Source: an uncultured Gemmataceae bacterium (lineage in GTDB: Bacteria > Planctomycetota > Planctomycetia > Gemmatales > Gemmataceae). From it: 64,000 bases of DNA. This document shows positions 9,672-19,200 of this stretch, one piece after another (the first letter of the stretch is position 1; every line of letters begins with the position of its first letter). Location of the stretch: assembly GCA_963750165.1 (NCBI GenBank), contig CAVVPN010000003.1, forward strand, positions 1,760,001 to 1,824,000, given 5' to 3'. Under the pieces are notes generated by a model, which saw only the letters and a program-made list of their open reading frames with translations, ran no database searches and was not told the origin of the DNA. The translations under genes and the position numbers were made by a program.

Positions 9672-10895
9672 ATGTTCATCTGTCTGCTGCTCAGTCTCGT
9701 GCTGACCACTGGGCAGAACGACCCGGACCAATCGCCGGCCGTCGCCGAGTCCAAACCGGAAGCACCCCCGGCGGCCGTCCCTGCCCCCGCGCCCTCGGCC
9801 GACCGCTGGCTGCTCATGAAGCTGGCACAGGGCACCTGGCCCGGGACACTGCTGGACACGGAGCGCATGAAGGTCTACGGCTGGACCGAGGGCTGCTTCA
9901 CCGCCAGCACCGACAGCCACTCAAACCTGCCGATGGGCATGAACTACCTGGCCAACCAGGGGATGCTGGAGCAGAACTGGCTGCGCTTCGAGCGTTCGGT
10001 CGTCAAGAGCGGCACGACAGAGCCGACCTTCGGCTTCCGCTGCGACACGATCCTGCCCGGCACCGACTATCGCTTCACGACGGCTCGCGGCCTGTTCAGC
10101 GGCCAGCTGACCGCCAACAACGGCCAACCGAACACCTACGGCATCGACCCGGTGCAGTTCTACGCGGAGGCGTACTTCCCCACCATCGCCCAGGGCATGG
10201 ACGTCAAGGTCGGCCGCTTCTTCGCCCAGTACGGCGTCGAGTCCATCGACGCGATCTCCACGCCGCTGCCCTCCCGCGCCTACACGTTCGTCTACGACCC
10301 GTTCACACAAACCGGCATCTTGACGACCACGCAACTCACCAGGGCGTGGTCGGTGCAGGCGGGGGCGGTGCTCGGCAGTGACGTGTTCATCGACCCGGCG
10401 GCCAACCCGACGTTCATCGGCAGCGCCAAATGGGCGCCGCCCGACGGCCGCGACAGCGTGCTGGCCTCGGTGATCGCCGGCGCAGGGCGCTTCAACCAGG
10501 CACGCAACTTCCACAACCCGGAAGTCTTCGACTTCATCTACACGCACCGGTTCAACCCACGGCTGAACTACACCCTGGAGACGCTGTACGGCTTCACCAG
10601 CAACGTGCCCGACATCGGTTTCGCGAACTGGCTCGGCGTCATCAACTACCTCGCCTACGACTTCACGCCGCGGTTGACCGGCATTACCCGGCTGGAGTTT
10701 TTCGACGACGTGCAGGGCCAGCGCACCGGCTTCGCGGGCCTGTACACTGCTCTGACCGCGGGCGCGGCGTTTCGGCCGTGCCCGGATCTCATCTTGCGTC
10801 CGGAGGTGCGCTACGACTACAACGGCCAGTCGGCGCCGTTTGAGGGGCGGCACGGGCTGTTCACCGCGACCGTAGACGTGATCGTGCGCTGGTGA
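9672..10895 (+). CDS. Outer-membrane beta-barrel porin (BBP2/DUF1597-like)
   Basis: Signal peptide; DVKVGRFF..YGVESI, RLEFFDD.QGQRTG, LRPEVRYD; C-terminal aromatic residue (DVIVRW). Confidence 0.85.
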   Translation: MFICLLLSLVLTTGQNDPDQSPAVAESKPEAPPAAVPAPAPSADRWLLMKLAQGTWPGTLLDTERMKVYGWTEGCFTASTDSHSNLPMGMNYLANQGMLEQNWLRFERSVVKSGTTEPTFGFRCDTILPGTDYRFTTARGLFSGQLTANNGQPNTYGIDPVQFYAEAYFPTIAQGMDVKVGRFFAQYGVESIDAISTPLPSRAYTFVYDPFTQTGILTTTQLTRAWSVQAGAVLGSDVFIDPAANPTFIGSAKWAPPDGRDSVLASVIAGAGRFNQARNFHNPEVFDFIYTHRFNPRLNYTLETLYGFTSNVPDIGFANWLGVINYLAYDFTPRLTGITRLEFFDDVQGQRTGFAGLYTALTAGAAFRPCPDLILRPEVRYDYNGQSAPFEGRHGLFTATVDVIVRW

Positions 10896-10898
10896 CGG

Positions 10899-11000
10899 CA
10901 TCGCCTTGGCCATTCGTGGTAGGTCGGAGCCCGAGCGCCAGCGAGGGGCCTCTCGCTGGCGCTCGGGCTCCGACCAGAAACAAGAACGATCAAGGCGATT
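10899..11000. repeat. Family A palindrome (10922-10975) inside outer inverted ends (ATCGCCTTG...CAAGGCGAT); MITE-like
   Basis: AGAACGATCAAGGCGATT is the reverse complement of AATCGCCTTGATCGTTCT flanking the 54841 copy. Confidence 0.75.
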
Positions 11001-11005
11001 CGGGA

Positions 11006-11695
11006 TTAGTTGTCGCTGAACTCCGGCGGGAAATTGCGGTCGCCGCCCACCCCGGGCTGCTGGGCCAGTTGCTCCAGGTGCTCCAGCAACCGCCGCACAC
11101 GTTGCGCCACGTCCGCCTCCTCGAGCAGCTGTTGCTTGCCCTCGGGCGGCAGCGGCAGCGCGAACGCCAGCACGTCGCACAGCACGCTCAGCGGCAGGTC
11201 ATTGTCCAGCAGCCGCTGCAACTGCTCCTGCGCCTCGGCCTGGGCCGCAAACCATGGCCGCACACCCTCCGTCAACCGGTGCCGCAGCACCTGAGCCGTG
11301 GCCTCGCCCGCGGCCGGCGCCTCCTGCACCAGCTCCACCGCGGCGGCACGGTACAGTTTGTCGTGCGGCACCTCGTGCAGGATGCGAATGCGGGCGACGC
11401 CACGCAGCAGCAGGTTGTAGCGGCCGTCGTCGAGGCGCTGCTCGGCGATGATCTTGCCCAGGCAGGCGACGCCGTGGACGGCCGGCCGCTGGTCGTAGTC
11501 GGGCTCCCAGCCGGGCCGCAGCAGGACCATACCGATCAGGCGATCGCCAGCCAGGGCGTCGGCGGTCATCTGGCGGTAACGCGGCTCGAAGATGTGCAGC
11601 GGCTGCACCACCTGCGGGAACAGCACCAGGTTCGGCAGCGGGAACAGCCGTAACGGGCCGTCCAGGTCCGCCGGGGAAAAAGCGTCAGCGCTCAT
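11006..11695 (-). CDS. Stand-alone Lon protease N-terminal (substrate-binding) domain protein
   Basis: LFPLPNLVLFP, PLHIFEPRYRQM, DGRYNLLLRG; no ATPase or protease domain. Confidence 0.9.
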   Translation of the reverse strand: MSADAFSPADLDGPLRLFPLPNLVLFPQVVQPLHIFEPRYRQMTADALAGDRLIGMVLLRPGWEPDYDQRPAVHGVACLGKIIAEQRLDDGRYNLLLRGVARIRILHEVPHDKLYRAAAVELVQEAPAAGEATAQVLRHRLTEGVRPWFAAQAEAQEQLQRLLDNDLPLSVLCDVLAFALPLPPEGKQQLLEEADVAQRVRRLLEHLEQLAQQPGVGGDRNFPPEFSDN

Positions 11696-11703
11696 GGTGC
11701 CCT

Positions 11704-12153
11704 TCACGGGTCAGAGGAGTCGGCGTCCTCGTGCAGAAACGCCGCGGGGTCCGGCCACTCTGCCGGCGCGGGCGCCAGGGCGATGGTCGGCAACAACTCC
11801 TCATTCACGGTCACGCGGCGGTCCAGCTCAACGCCGGCGAGCAGTTCGGCGAAGCAGAGCCGCATCGCCTCCCAGAACGCCGTCGTGTCCAGGCCGAGGT
11901 GCGGGGCGTCGTGGCGCGTCATGTAGTCGCGGGCGGAGTGGTAGAGCTTGACCGCCCCGCGGACGTTGCCGTTGCAGAAGTGACACAGGCCCACCGCCGC
12001 CTGGATCAGCCCCTGAATATAGCGCTTGTCCGGCCCGGCGGTGTCCATCCACAACTCCTCCCAGACCTCATGGGCCTCGAAGAAGTCGCCGCGGTTGAAC
12101 AGCACGATGCCGGCCAGGTAGCGTGGGTCATAAGTTGGTGGCGCGGTATCCAT
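11704..12153 (-). CDS. DUF309 family protein
   Basis: GIVLFNRGDFFEAHEVWEELW, QGLIQAAVGLCH..NGNVRGA. Confidence 0.9.
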   Translation of the reverse strand: MDTAPPTYDPRYLAGIVLFNRGDFFEAHEVWEELWMDTAGPDKRYIQGLIQAAVGLCHFCNGNVRGAVKLYHSARDYMTRHDAPHLGLDTTAFWEAMRLCFAELLAGVELDRRVTVNEELLPTIALAPAPAEWPDPAAFLHEDADSSDP

Positions 12154-12377
12154 GCGGCTTATTGTACAGACGGCCGCGGCCGCGCGGCCCGGGAAAACGC
12201 TTGCGGAGGGCGCCCAGCGTCGGTAGAGTACAATGCACAATGTTCTCTCCAATCCGAACGGTTTCCCCACCACCTGGGCCCAGCAGGAGTGCCTCAATGT
12301 CCCCGCAACGTGCCCCCGACACGTCCGACCGCTGCCGTGACCGCGACAACCACCCTGGGACCGCGTGAGGGCTGTCT

Positions 12378-13763
12378 GTGCGCAAGTTCTCCGCGGAAGC
12401 GTTTTTGGAGGCGTGCGGGGCGGGCGGCCCGCTGCTGTTCGATGTGCGCCGCGATGGCGACGCGGAGGGCCGCCGCCTCGCCGTGCAGCAACCGTTCGCT
12501 CTCGTGGGGCGCGCCGTCAACGCCGACCTGGTGTTGAAGGACGCGCGCGTGAGCCGGCGGCACATTTATCTACAGGTGCTGGCGGGGCGGATTTGCTGGG
12601 TGAATCTCGGCGGTCTGGCGGGGAACAACCCGGCGGAAGAGTCCGAGCTGTCCGGCTGGTGGTACGAGAAGCAGACCATCTGTGTCGGCACTTATCAGGT
12701 CCAGATCCTGCCCAACCCCCTGCGCAAGCCGGACGACCGCCTGGAAGGGCTTGACCCGCTGGCCGCCGGCTCGGCGTCGAACCTGCACCTGCCGACGACC
12801 TACCTGGAGTTCCTGCGCGGCGACCAGGTGCGGATGCGCTGGCGCATGGACCGGCTGCTGGTGCTGATGGGCAACGCCCTCAGTTGCAAGATTCGGCTGG
12901 CCGGCACGGAGGTGTCGCGCTTCCATTGCAGCCTGGTGGCCACGCCGCAGGGGACGTGGCTGGTAGACCTGCTCGGGCGCGGCGGCGTCCTGCTCAACGG
13001 CGTGGCGGTGCGCTTCGCCCACCTCGAAGACGGCGACGTGATGCAGGTGGGGGAGAATGTCATCCACGTGCGTTACGCCGCCGCGCGGTCCGCGCCCGGC
13101 TCGGCTCTGGCCCTGGCCGACGCCCCAACCGCCCCCGCCACCGGCCGGGCCGTGGCGGTCGCGTCCCCCGGCGGCAAGCCCGCGACCGACCTGGCGGTGC
13201 CGCCGTTCCAGCCCATCGCCCAGGATCCGACCGTCCAGGCGCTCATCATGCCGATGCTGAGCCAGTTCCACAATATGCAGCAGCAGATGCTCGACCAGTT
13301 CCAGACGGCTCTGTTGCAAACGCTACAGCTGTTCAGCACGCTGCACAAGGACCAGATGAGCTTCCTGCGCGATGAACTGGACCGGCAGCGAGTGCTGACG
13401 CAGGAACTGCGGGAGTTGCAGGCGGAACTGGCCCGGTTGCAGGCGCAGCCCAGGGGCACGGGTGCCACGGCCGCGGCGGTCCCGACACGCGCCGACGTGT
13501 CTCCGGCCCCCGCCGCCGCGCCGCCGCGTTCGGAGCCGACGGAAAAACCCGCCGCGGCACCGGAGCCAGCCCCGCTCCCCGCACCCGCCACCGCTGGCCT
13601 GCCGGAGCAGACCGCCGTCAAGGGTGCCAATGGCGTCCGGCCGTCGGAGGGGCAAGACGTGCATGCCTGGCTGAACGATCGCATGGCGACGCTGCAGCAG
13701 GAGCGGCAGAGCAGCTGGCAGCGCATTTTGAATTTCCTGGGCGGCAAGCGGCCGGAGGGTTAA
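12378..13763 (+). CDS. Double-FHA domain protein with C-terminal coiled coil
   Basis: VGR...VSRRH and VSRFHC...GVLLNG FHA motifs; Gln-rich coiled coil; GTG start with GAGG. Confidence 0.85.
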   Translation: MRKFSAEAFLEACGAGGPLLFDVRRDGDAEGRRLAVQQPFALVGRAVNADLVLKDARVSRRHIYLQVLAGRICWVNLGGLAGNNPAEESELSGWWYEKQTICVGTYQVQILPNPLRKPDDRLEGLDPLAAGSASNLHLPTTYLEFLRGDQVRMRWRMDRLLVLMGNALSCKIRLAGTEVSRFHCSLVATPQGTWLVDLLGRGGVLLNGVAVRFAHLEDGDVMQVGENVIHVRYAAARSAPGSALALADAPTAPATGRAVAVASPGGKPATDLAVPPFQPIAQDPTVQALIMPMLSQFHNMQQQMLDQFQTALLQTLQLFSTLHKDQMSFLRDELDRQRVLTQELRELQAELARLQAQPRGTGATAAAVPTRADVSPAPAAAPPRSEPTEKPAAAPEPAPLPAPATAGLPEQTAVKGANGVRPSEGQDVHAWLNDRMATLQQERQSSWQRILNFLGGKRPEG

Positions 13764-13783
13764 TCAGAGGTGCGGACAGCAGT

Positions 13784-13840
13784 TGCCCCCGTTTTTAGTT
13801 TCGCGCGGGCAGAGTCCGCGCGAAACTAAAAACGGGGGCA
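13784..13840. terminator. Long hairpin between convergent genes; likely bidirectional terminator or repeat
   Basis: TGCCCCCGTTTTTAGTTTCGCGCGG ... CCGCGCGAAACTAAAAACGGGGGCA. Confidence 0.7.
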
Positions 13841-13866
13841 GTGGAAGCCGGTAGTTTGAGAGCCGG

Positions 13867-14367
13867 TTATTGGCGCCGATAGTTGCTCGCGCCGCCACCC
13901 CCGGTAAAGCCGGCGCCGCCCCCCGGGGCCGTCATGCCTCCCATCCCGCCACCAGGCCGCATGCCGCCGCCCATGCCGGGGCGACCACCGGAACCGCCCG
14001 ACCCCATCCCCGGCCGCCCCCCGACCGTCATGAAGTAGCGGTACTGCGTCGAAAAGCCGGCGCCCTGCCCCGTCGGCGGCAACTGCGAGTTCTGGGTGTA
14101 TTCCTGCGCCTGCTGGTTGGCGAGGTTGGACTGCTGCTGATCCAGTGAGTTGATGGAACTCCGGAACGCGACCTCGGGCCGGACGATGCCGTAGTAGTTG
14201 ATCGCCGGGTCCGAGCCTGTGCGGAGCAGGTTGATGTACGGGCTGACCGCCGGCCGCCGGTTGGGCAGCAGGTAGCCACCGCCCAGGCCCTGGGCCCGCA
14301 CGGGACCTCCGTTCAACACCAGCCACAGTCCCAGGCCGACACCGGCCGCACGCAGGATGCCCTTCAT
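13867..14367 (-). CDS. Secreted hypothetical protein, planctomycete-type (RPAVSPYINLLR...NYYGIVRP), Gly-rich tail
   Basis: GGAG RBS, signal peptide ending VRAQ, conserved-looking central motif. Confidence 0.8.
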   Translation of the reverse strand: MKGILRAAGVGLGLWLVLNGGPVRAQGLGGGYLLPNRRPAVSPYINLLRTGSDPAINYYGIVRPEVAFRSSINSLDQQQSNLANQQAQEYTQNSQLPPTGQGAGFSTQYRYFMTVGGRPGMGSGGSGGRPGMGGGMRPGGGMGGMTAPGGGAGFTGGGGASNYRRQ

Positions 14368-14439
14368 CGCTTCGTCTCCTCGGGGTTACTAATTTGCCGC
14401 CACCGAGATTATATCACCAATCCCCGCGGCCGCCCCGTT

Positions 14440-15537
14440 TTATCGGATGGCGCCCGTGCCGACGCCCGTGCCGCCCACGACGCCCAGCGGTTGCGAGATG
14501 CCATGCACCACGGAGTTGCCCAGCAGCGTCACGCCGAAGATCCGCTCGAAGGGCGCGATGACCTTGGACAGCACCTGATCGGCGCGGATCCACGGGTCGA
14601 GGGCGACGAAGACACGATCGCCTGGCAGCACCTGGTAGTTGGTCGCGGTGACGCCTCCCATGGTGATCGCCTTCCAGTCCACCGGCAGCACCTGACTGCT
14701 GTTATGGTCGGCCGGCGACGGCCGGGCGACCCAGATGCGCTTGCGGCTCAGGCCGCCGGGCATGCCGTAGATCTGGCTGATCGCGTCCAGCACCGTCTCG
14801 TTGCCAGTCACCGGCAGCCGGTACACCGTCTCGCCGGAGAGGCCCATGTCGTAGATCACGTAATACACCTTGCTGTTGAAGCCGGCGATGTCCAGGGAGA
14901 TTTCCGGGTCGAGCAGGAAGGCGGACAGGTGCTCCTCGATGGCCCGCCGGGCCTGCTCGGTGGTCAGCCCCGCCACGGTCACCAGGCCGTAGGTGCCCAG
15001 GTTGACCTTGCCATCCTGTCGTACCAGGTGGTCGCCGCGGATCAACTGCAACGACCGCGACTCCGCCAGGGCCACGGTCACGTCGAAATCCACCTTGAAG
15101 CGCTGCTTCAGGTGCGCCTTGATGGATTTCTTGGCTTCCGGGAGGGTCTGGCCGCGCAGCAGCACCGAGCCGTAATCGAAACCCAGGTCGAGCGTGCCGT
15201 CCGCTTCCACGCGGTAGACGCCGCTGATCGGCCGGCCTGGCTGCAGCTGGTTGGCCTCGTCCGGCTTGGCGCCGACGATGTCCACCCGGATGAGCAGGCC
15301 GTCGAGCGGGGCGATGCGGTAGGGCGGCTTCGGGATCAGGTTGGCCGCGTCCACGCGCAGCACGTCGGGCGGCGCGATGGTGTAATCGGGGTGGATGACC
15401 ATGCTCTTCTCGGTGGGCGTGTCCGACTGGCCCAGCCTACAACTGGTCGGCGTGGTGTAGCAGCCCGCATTTAGCAGGCAGCAGCAGCCGAACAGCAGAA
15501 GGAAAACCGGCAACTTTCCGAAAAGACCCCGGACCAT
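14440..15537 (-). CDS. Polysaccharide export (Wza/SLBB-family) lipoprotein
   Basis: GAGGAGG RBS, lipobox LNAGC, Y.IAPPDVL, DGKVNLGTYG, GNETVLDAI, NYQVLPGDRVFV. Confidence 0.9.
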   Translation of the reverse strand: MVRGLFGKLPVFLLLFGCCCLLNAGCYTTPTSCRLGQSDTPTEKSMVIHPDYTIAPPDVLRVDAANLIPKPPYRIAPLDGLLIRVDIVGAKPDEANQLQPGRPISGVYRVEADGTLDLGFDYGSVLLRGQTLPEAKKSIKAHLKQRFKVDFDVTVALAESRSLQLIRGDHLVRQDGKVNLGTYGLVTVAGLTTEQARRAIEEHLSAFLLDPEISLDIAGFNSKVYYVIYDMGLSGETVYRLPVTGNETVLDAISQIYGMPGGLSRKRIWVARPSPADHNSSQVLPVDWKAITMGGVTATNYQVLPGDRVFVALDPWIRADQVLSKVIAPFERIFGVTLLGNSVVHGISQPLGVVGGTGVGTGAIR

Positions 15538-15886
15538 GCTTTCCTCCTCGGCCTGTACCGGCCACGCCGCACCCTGGCGGTTTTTTCCTGAGTCCGAAGC
15601 GCGAGCCAGGGCAAGCGCCTGCGCTTCGGGGTGTTGCAATGGTTCATCACTCCTAATCGGCATAACCGGCAGGATTGGGTGAACCGTCTTGACCCAAATT
15701 CCAGAAACACTCGCCCGCAAAAGCGCGGTTGGCGCGGCGTTTTCCTGAAGTCGGCAAGCCGGAGAAACCGAAGCCGGCGTGCCAACGACTGCCGAATGGC
15801 ACACGGGGGCAACGGCTGGCAGGGGCGCGGCGTGCCAGCGGGGGACAGAAATCGGGGCCGAACCGGGCCGGGCCGTGCCGGTTCGC

Positions 15887-15935
15887 GCAAGGGGGCCAAG
15901 GAGGCCAAGGGGGCCAACTTTTTCATACGTCGAGA
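15887..15935 (-). repeat. Single family B unit (triple 9-bp repeat)
   Basis: Reverse complement reads TCTCGACGTATGAAAAAGTTGGCCCCCTTGGCCTCCTTGGCCCCCTTGC. Confidence 0.85.
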
Positions 15936-15975
15936 ATGGACGCCCTTTCACGCGAACCCGGAATTGCCTTGCCTT

Positions 15976-16043
15976 GGCGAGCGCTGCGGCGTGAGCCCGC
16001 CGGGGTTGGTCCTCACCGGCGGGCTCACGCCGCGCCGCTCGCC
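15976..16043. repeat. Palindromic repeat family C (GGCGAGCG...CGCTCGCC ends)
   Basis: Long imperfect hairpin; related element at 63425-63504. Confidence 0.75.
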
Positions 16044-16247
16044 GTGCGCGTTGCGAAAAAGGGTGCGCAGAAATTCCCACCCTTTTGCTGCTACGCTGAT
16101 TGCTGCGGGGCTCAGGCTTTGGTACGCTTCAACCCACATACCAGGGCCTGGCCCGTCGCACTCCAGGCCCTGGCAGGAGCGTGAACCTCTCCCGCCGTGA
16201 GTGTCTCTTTTTCACAGAGGAACCGACCCCGAACCCCAGGGCCACCG

Positions 16248-19200
16248 ATGGACGAGCACCCCCACACGATGACGGAACCGGTCACCCTGTTCTCGCCCGA
16301 GGCGTCCGCCGGCGGCAGCGCCGCCGCGGAGCAGCAGCACATCGAGGAGCTGGCCGCACGCCTCGGCCTGGGACGGCCGCAGCTTTCGGCGCTGCACGCC
16401 GTCATGACCTGGGCGGCCTTCCTGCGTCCGTCCACCGAACCGCACGACCGCGAGCGCCTGCGCACTTACCTCGATCTCATGGGCTACCTGCCGGCCGACC
16501 GGAAGATTGTCGCCAGCGCCGAGCGCAGCCGCGACGCCATCGACGCGGCCGTGCCCACGCTCCTGGAGGGCTTCGTCCGTGGCGAGCTGGACGCCGAGAC
16601 GTTCCCGCAGGCCGATGATGGGCAGCAGTCCGCCCGCCTTGCCGGCCTCACCCCGTCACAGCTCGACCTGCTCGGATCCATCCTGCGCCACCAGCGCGCG
16701 CTCGACGGCGCCGACCTGCGCGACCTCCTGGCGCAGTTCCCGTTCCCGGTCACGTCGGTCAACTTCTTCGGCCGCTTCGTCGCCGGCGGCTGTGACGATC
16801 CGCGCAAGGCCATCCGCTATCTGCGCCTGTGTACACCCTTCTTCGTCCGCGTCCGTTCACTGCTGGAGGGGCTGTCCAACGACCGCTTTCGCTTCCTGGT
16901 CATCCAGGGCGTTTGCGCCGCCAAGGAGTACACGGACGACGAGCCGGAGGAGCCGGCCGCGCCGGACGGCAAGCAGCCCCCGACCGCCATCGCGCCGCCG
17001 GTGCTGGAGCAGCGACGCGGCCGAACTGCTACACGCCTCCATCGACAACGCCCACGACTTCGTCGGCGGCAGCGACGCGGCCGTGCCCACGCCGTTCCAG
17101 TGCGTCAAGGTGCCGGACGTGCCCGACTTCGCCATCGACCACATCGACCGGCACGAACAGGCACAACTCGCGGCGGAGTTCATGGACTGGCTGCTGACCG
17201 GCAACCGCGATGGTGCGCTGCTGCACCGCAAGGCGCTCGCGGTTGAGGCCGAGCGCGACTACCGCAAGACAAAGCGCGACCTGCAGCTGACCCGAAAGAA
17301 ACGCAAGAAACATCACCAGCGCTCTCCCGACGAGGACAACAAGAAGGCGATGTCCATCTGGGAGCGCGAGGACGCCCGGCTCGCCAAGGAGATCGAGGGG
17401 TTCGTCAGCCGGATCAAGGCGTACGACCGCGAGCGCGCCCGGCGCAAGACGATCCTGCAACAGCTCGACGCTGCCGAGGCCGGGCGCGCACGCATCCGCA
17501 AGTTCCGCGACGAGGTGGCGCAGGCGCGCGGCGACGGCAAGCGCATCGTCTTCACGCTGCTCGGCGGTGCCGACGCCGCGGTGTTCTGCAAGTACCTCGA
17601 CCGCGCCTTCTCGTCCCGCGTAGGACGGCTCTCCAGAGCCGTCCCATCAAAGAAGGACGGCTCTGGAGGGCCGTCCCACCAGGGCGTGAAATGGCTGCGC
17701 GCCGCCTCGTTCCTGCTGTCGCCGGCGGCGGCGCAGCTGATCCGCGCCAGCCGTGTGCAGGGCTTCGGCAGCGCCGTCGAACAGCAGTTACGCGACTTCC
17801 CCGTGGTGCCGGCGCAGCTGGGGCCGAGCGTCCGCTTCGTGCTGGAGCGCATGCTGCCCGAGCAGCATCGACCCGAAGCTCAGCATGCTCATCGATACGC
17901 TGTGCGCGCACGTCCGGCTGCCCGGCGCCACGTCGCGGAAGCACTTCACATACCTGGTCCGCAAGTGGAGCGGCAAGAAGGAGCCGAAGGCGGACGACTA
18001 CCTGCTGTACGCCTTCGAGCATGCGGCATTCCTTGGCGAGCCGAACCTGCAGGCGATCCTGCGCGTGCTGCGCGAGCTGGGCTTCGCGGACGTGCCGGCG
18101 CGCTGCAAGGTGCTGTCCACGGAGCGCTTCAACCATGCGCCGGCGATCCTCAATCAGTTCCAGGTGTACGCGGCGTCATACCGGCCGAACAAGCTCGGGG
18201 CGCTGCCGGCGGTCTTCAAGGACATCGCCACGCTGGACGACTACCGCACGCTGCACCTCGACGCCTTCGGCATGGCCGCGGAGGTCAAGGTGCTCGAACG
18301 CCATCTGCTCGAGCGCGGCATCGTCTGCATCGTGGACACGACCAACTTCCACCCCGAGCTGGGCGCGGTGGTCATGGAGGAGAAGATCAAGGAGGACGTG
18401 GAGAAGACGCGCGAGGTCTGGGGCGACTATGTGCGGCCCCATGAGCGGCTGGTGCGCTCGTTCGCCCGGCGGCTCATGGAGGGTGCCGCGGCCGAGGAGC
18501 TGCGCGACTACTCGCTGGTGTGCGTCCGCAAGCCGGGCAAGCTCGACAAGATCTGGGAGACGCTGATCCGCAAGTTCCTCGGCATCGACATCAACCTGAC
18601 GCCGGACCTGGGCCTCATCAACAAGGTGCTCTCCGACCTGACCCTGCACGACGAGAACGTGCTGCTCGTCGTCGATGCCGAGTCGGTCAAGGACCTGGAG
18701 CAGTACCGGCAGTTCGTCGGTCTGCTGCAGCGCTACCACATCAAGGTGATCCTGCGCATGCGTGAGCCGCTGCCGGGGTTGCCACAGGTGCTGATTCAGC
18801 CGTTCATGGACGACGAGATCGCCGGCCGGTTGCTGACGGAGGAGCCGGCGCTGCGGCGCACGCTTGGCCTGGAGGAGCCGCTCAGCCCGGACATCTTCGA
18901 ATTCGCCGCGGCGCTGGTGAAGCGGACGCGGCGGCCGGATCAGGACAACCTCAACCTTGTACTGCACACGTTGAACGGGGCCGCCCAGCACGCGCGCATG
19001 GAGGGCTACCGCGGCCTGACCGAGCAGGACGTGGCCGCGGCGGCGCCGTCGATCTTCCACCTGCCCGATGGCGAACAGATTCGCCACCGCAAGACGGCCG
19101 TGGACAAGTTCATGGTCCGTGCCCCGCTGGAGGTGCTCGGCCAGGAGCAGGCGATCCGCACCGTCGGCGCCCGCATGAAGAGCCATGTGCTCGGCGTCCG

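Noticed and set aside
16141..16173. Hairpin upstream of the AAA+ gene as a riboswitch
   Set aside because: A single 11-bp stem with no aptamer consensus that I can recognise
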